A stretch of DNA of 64,000 nucleotides, taken from positions 14,818,001 through 14,882,000 of the forward strand of contig CM059435.1 of NCBI GenBank assembly GCA_030390025.1. The letters run 5' to 3'. The notes under the pieces are model-generated. The model was not told where the DNA came from. It saw nothing but the letters and a program-made list of their open reading frames with translations, and made no database searches. The first letter of the stretch is position 1, and each line of letters begins with the position of its first letter. The stretch is from Squalus acanthias (Eukaryota). Shown here in pieces: positions 63,801 to 64,000 of this stretch. A program made the translations under genes and the position numbers.

Positions 63801-64000
63801 CAAATTCGGGAAAATGTAACTTGCAGATAGTGTGGGGGGAGGAGGGTGTGGTGGGGCGGCGGATGTGGTGGTCACGATCTAAAATAACGAGGATTGAAAA
63901 CCAGAAGCTTTCTATCCTGCAAAGAAAAGTGGTAGCTGGTCAACATGCAAGAATGTACTCTGCTAACTTTGCATTAGTGTATGTTGACATACGCAGCTTT

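Noticed and set aside
61600-64000. Possible 3' exons of a neighbouring gene (EYA2 is tail-to-tail with ZMYND8 in human)
   Set aside because: No EYA-like peptide found by eye; exon-like pieces near 61830-61890 and 62030-62130 and ORF 63259-63711 match nothing I recognise

Overview
Eukaryotic genomic DNA, almost certainly from a cartilaginous fish (shark), judged by HE1/V-SINE, SacSINE1-like DeuSINEs, and CR1, L2, RTE and Penelope-like repeats. The first ~34 kb is the 3' part of ZMYND8 (PRKCBP1/RACK7) on the + strand. I traced 13 coding exons with phase-consistent GT-AG junctions, from the PWWP domain through the coiled coil and MYND finger to the last exon, 3'UTR and poly(A) signals near 33.9-34.1 kb. 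The remaining ~30 kb is repeat-rich, apparently intergenic DNA with no recognisable host gene. Most other long ORFs are retrotransposon ORF2 fragments or antisense shadows. The most interesting signals are: a last exon that seems readable in two frames; palindromic splice-donor cassettes (AGGTAAGT..ACTTACCT) recurring in GC-rich Harbinger-like MITEs; minimal hammerhead ribozyme motifs in Penelope-like ends, one sense to the pre-mRNA; a MITE holding an inverted copy of its own flank; and a 5'-inverted RTE in a three-level nest. I cannot show a wholly new multi-gene system. Comparisons with human ZMYND8 are from memory and need checking.
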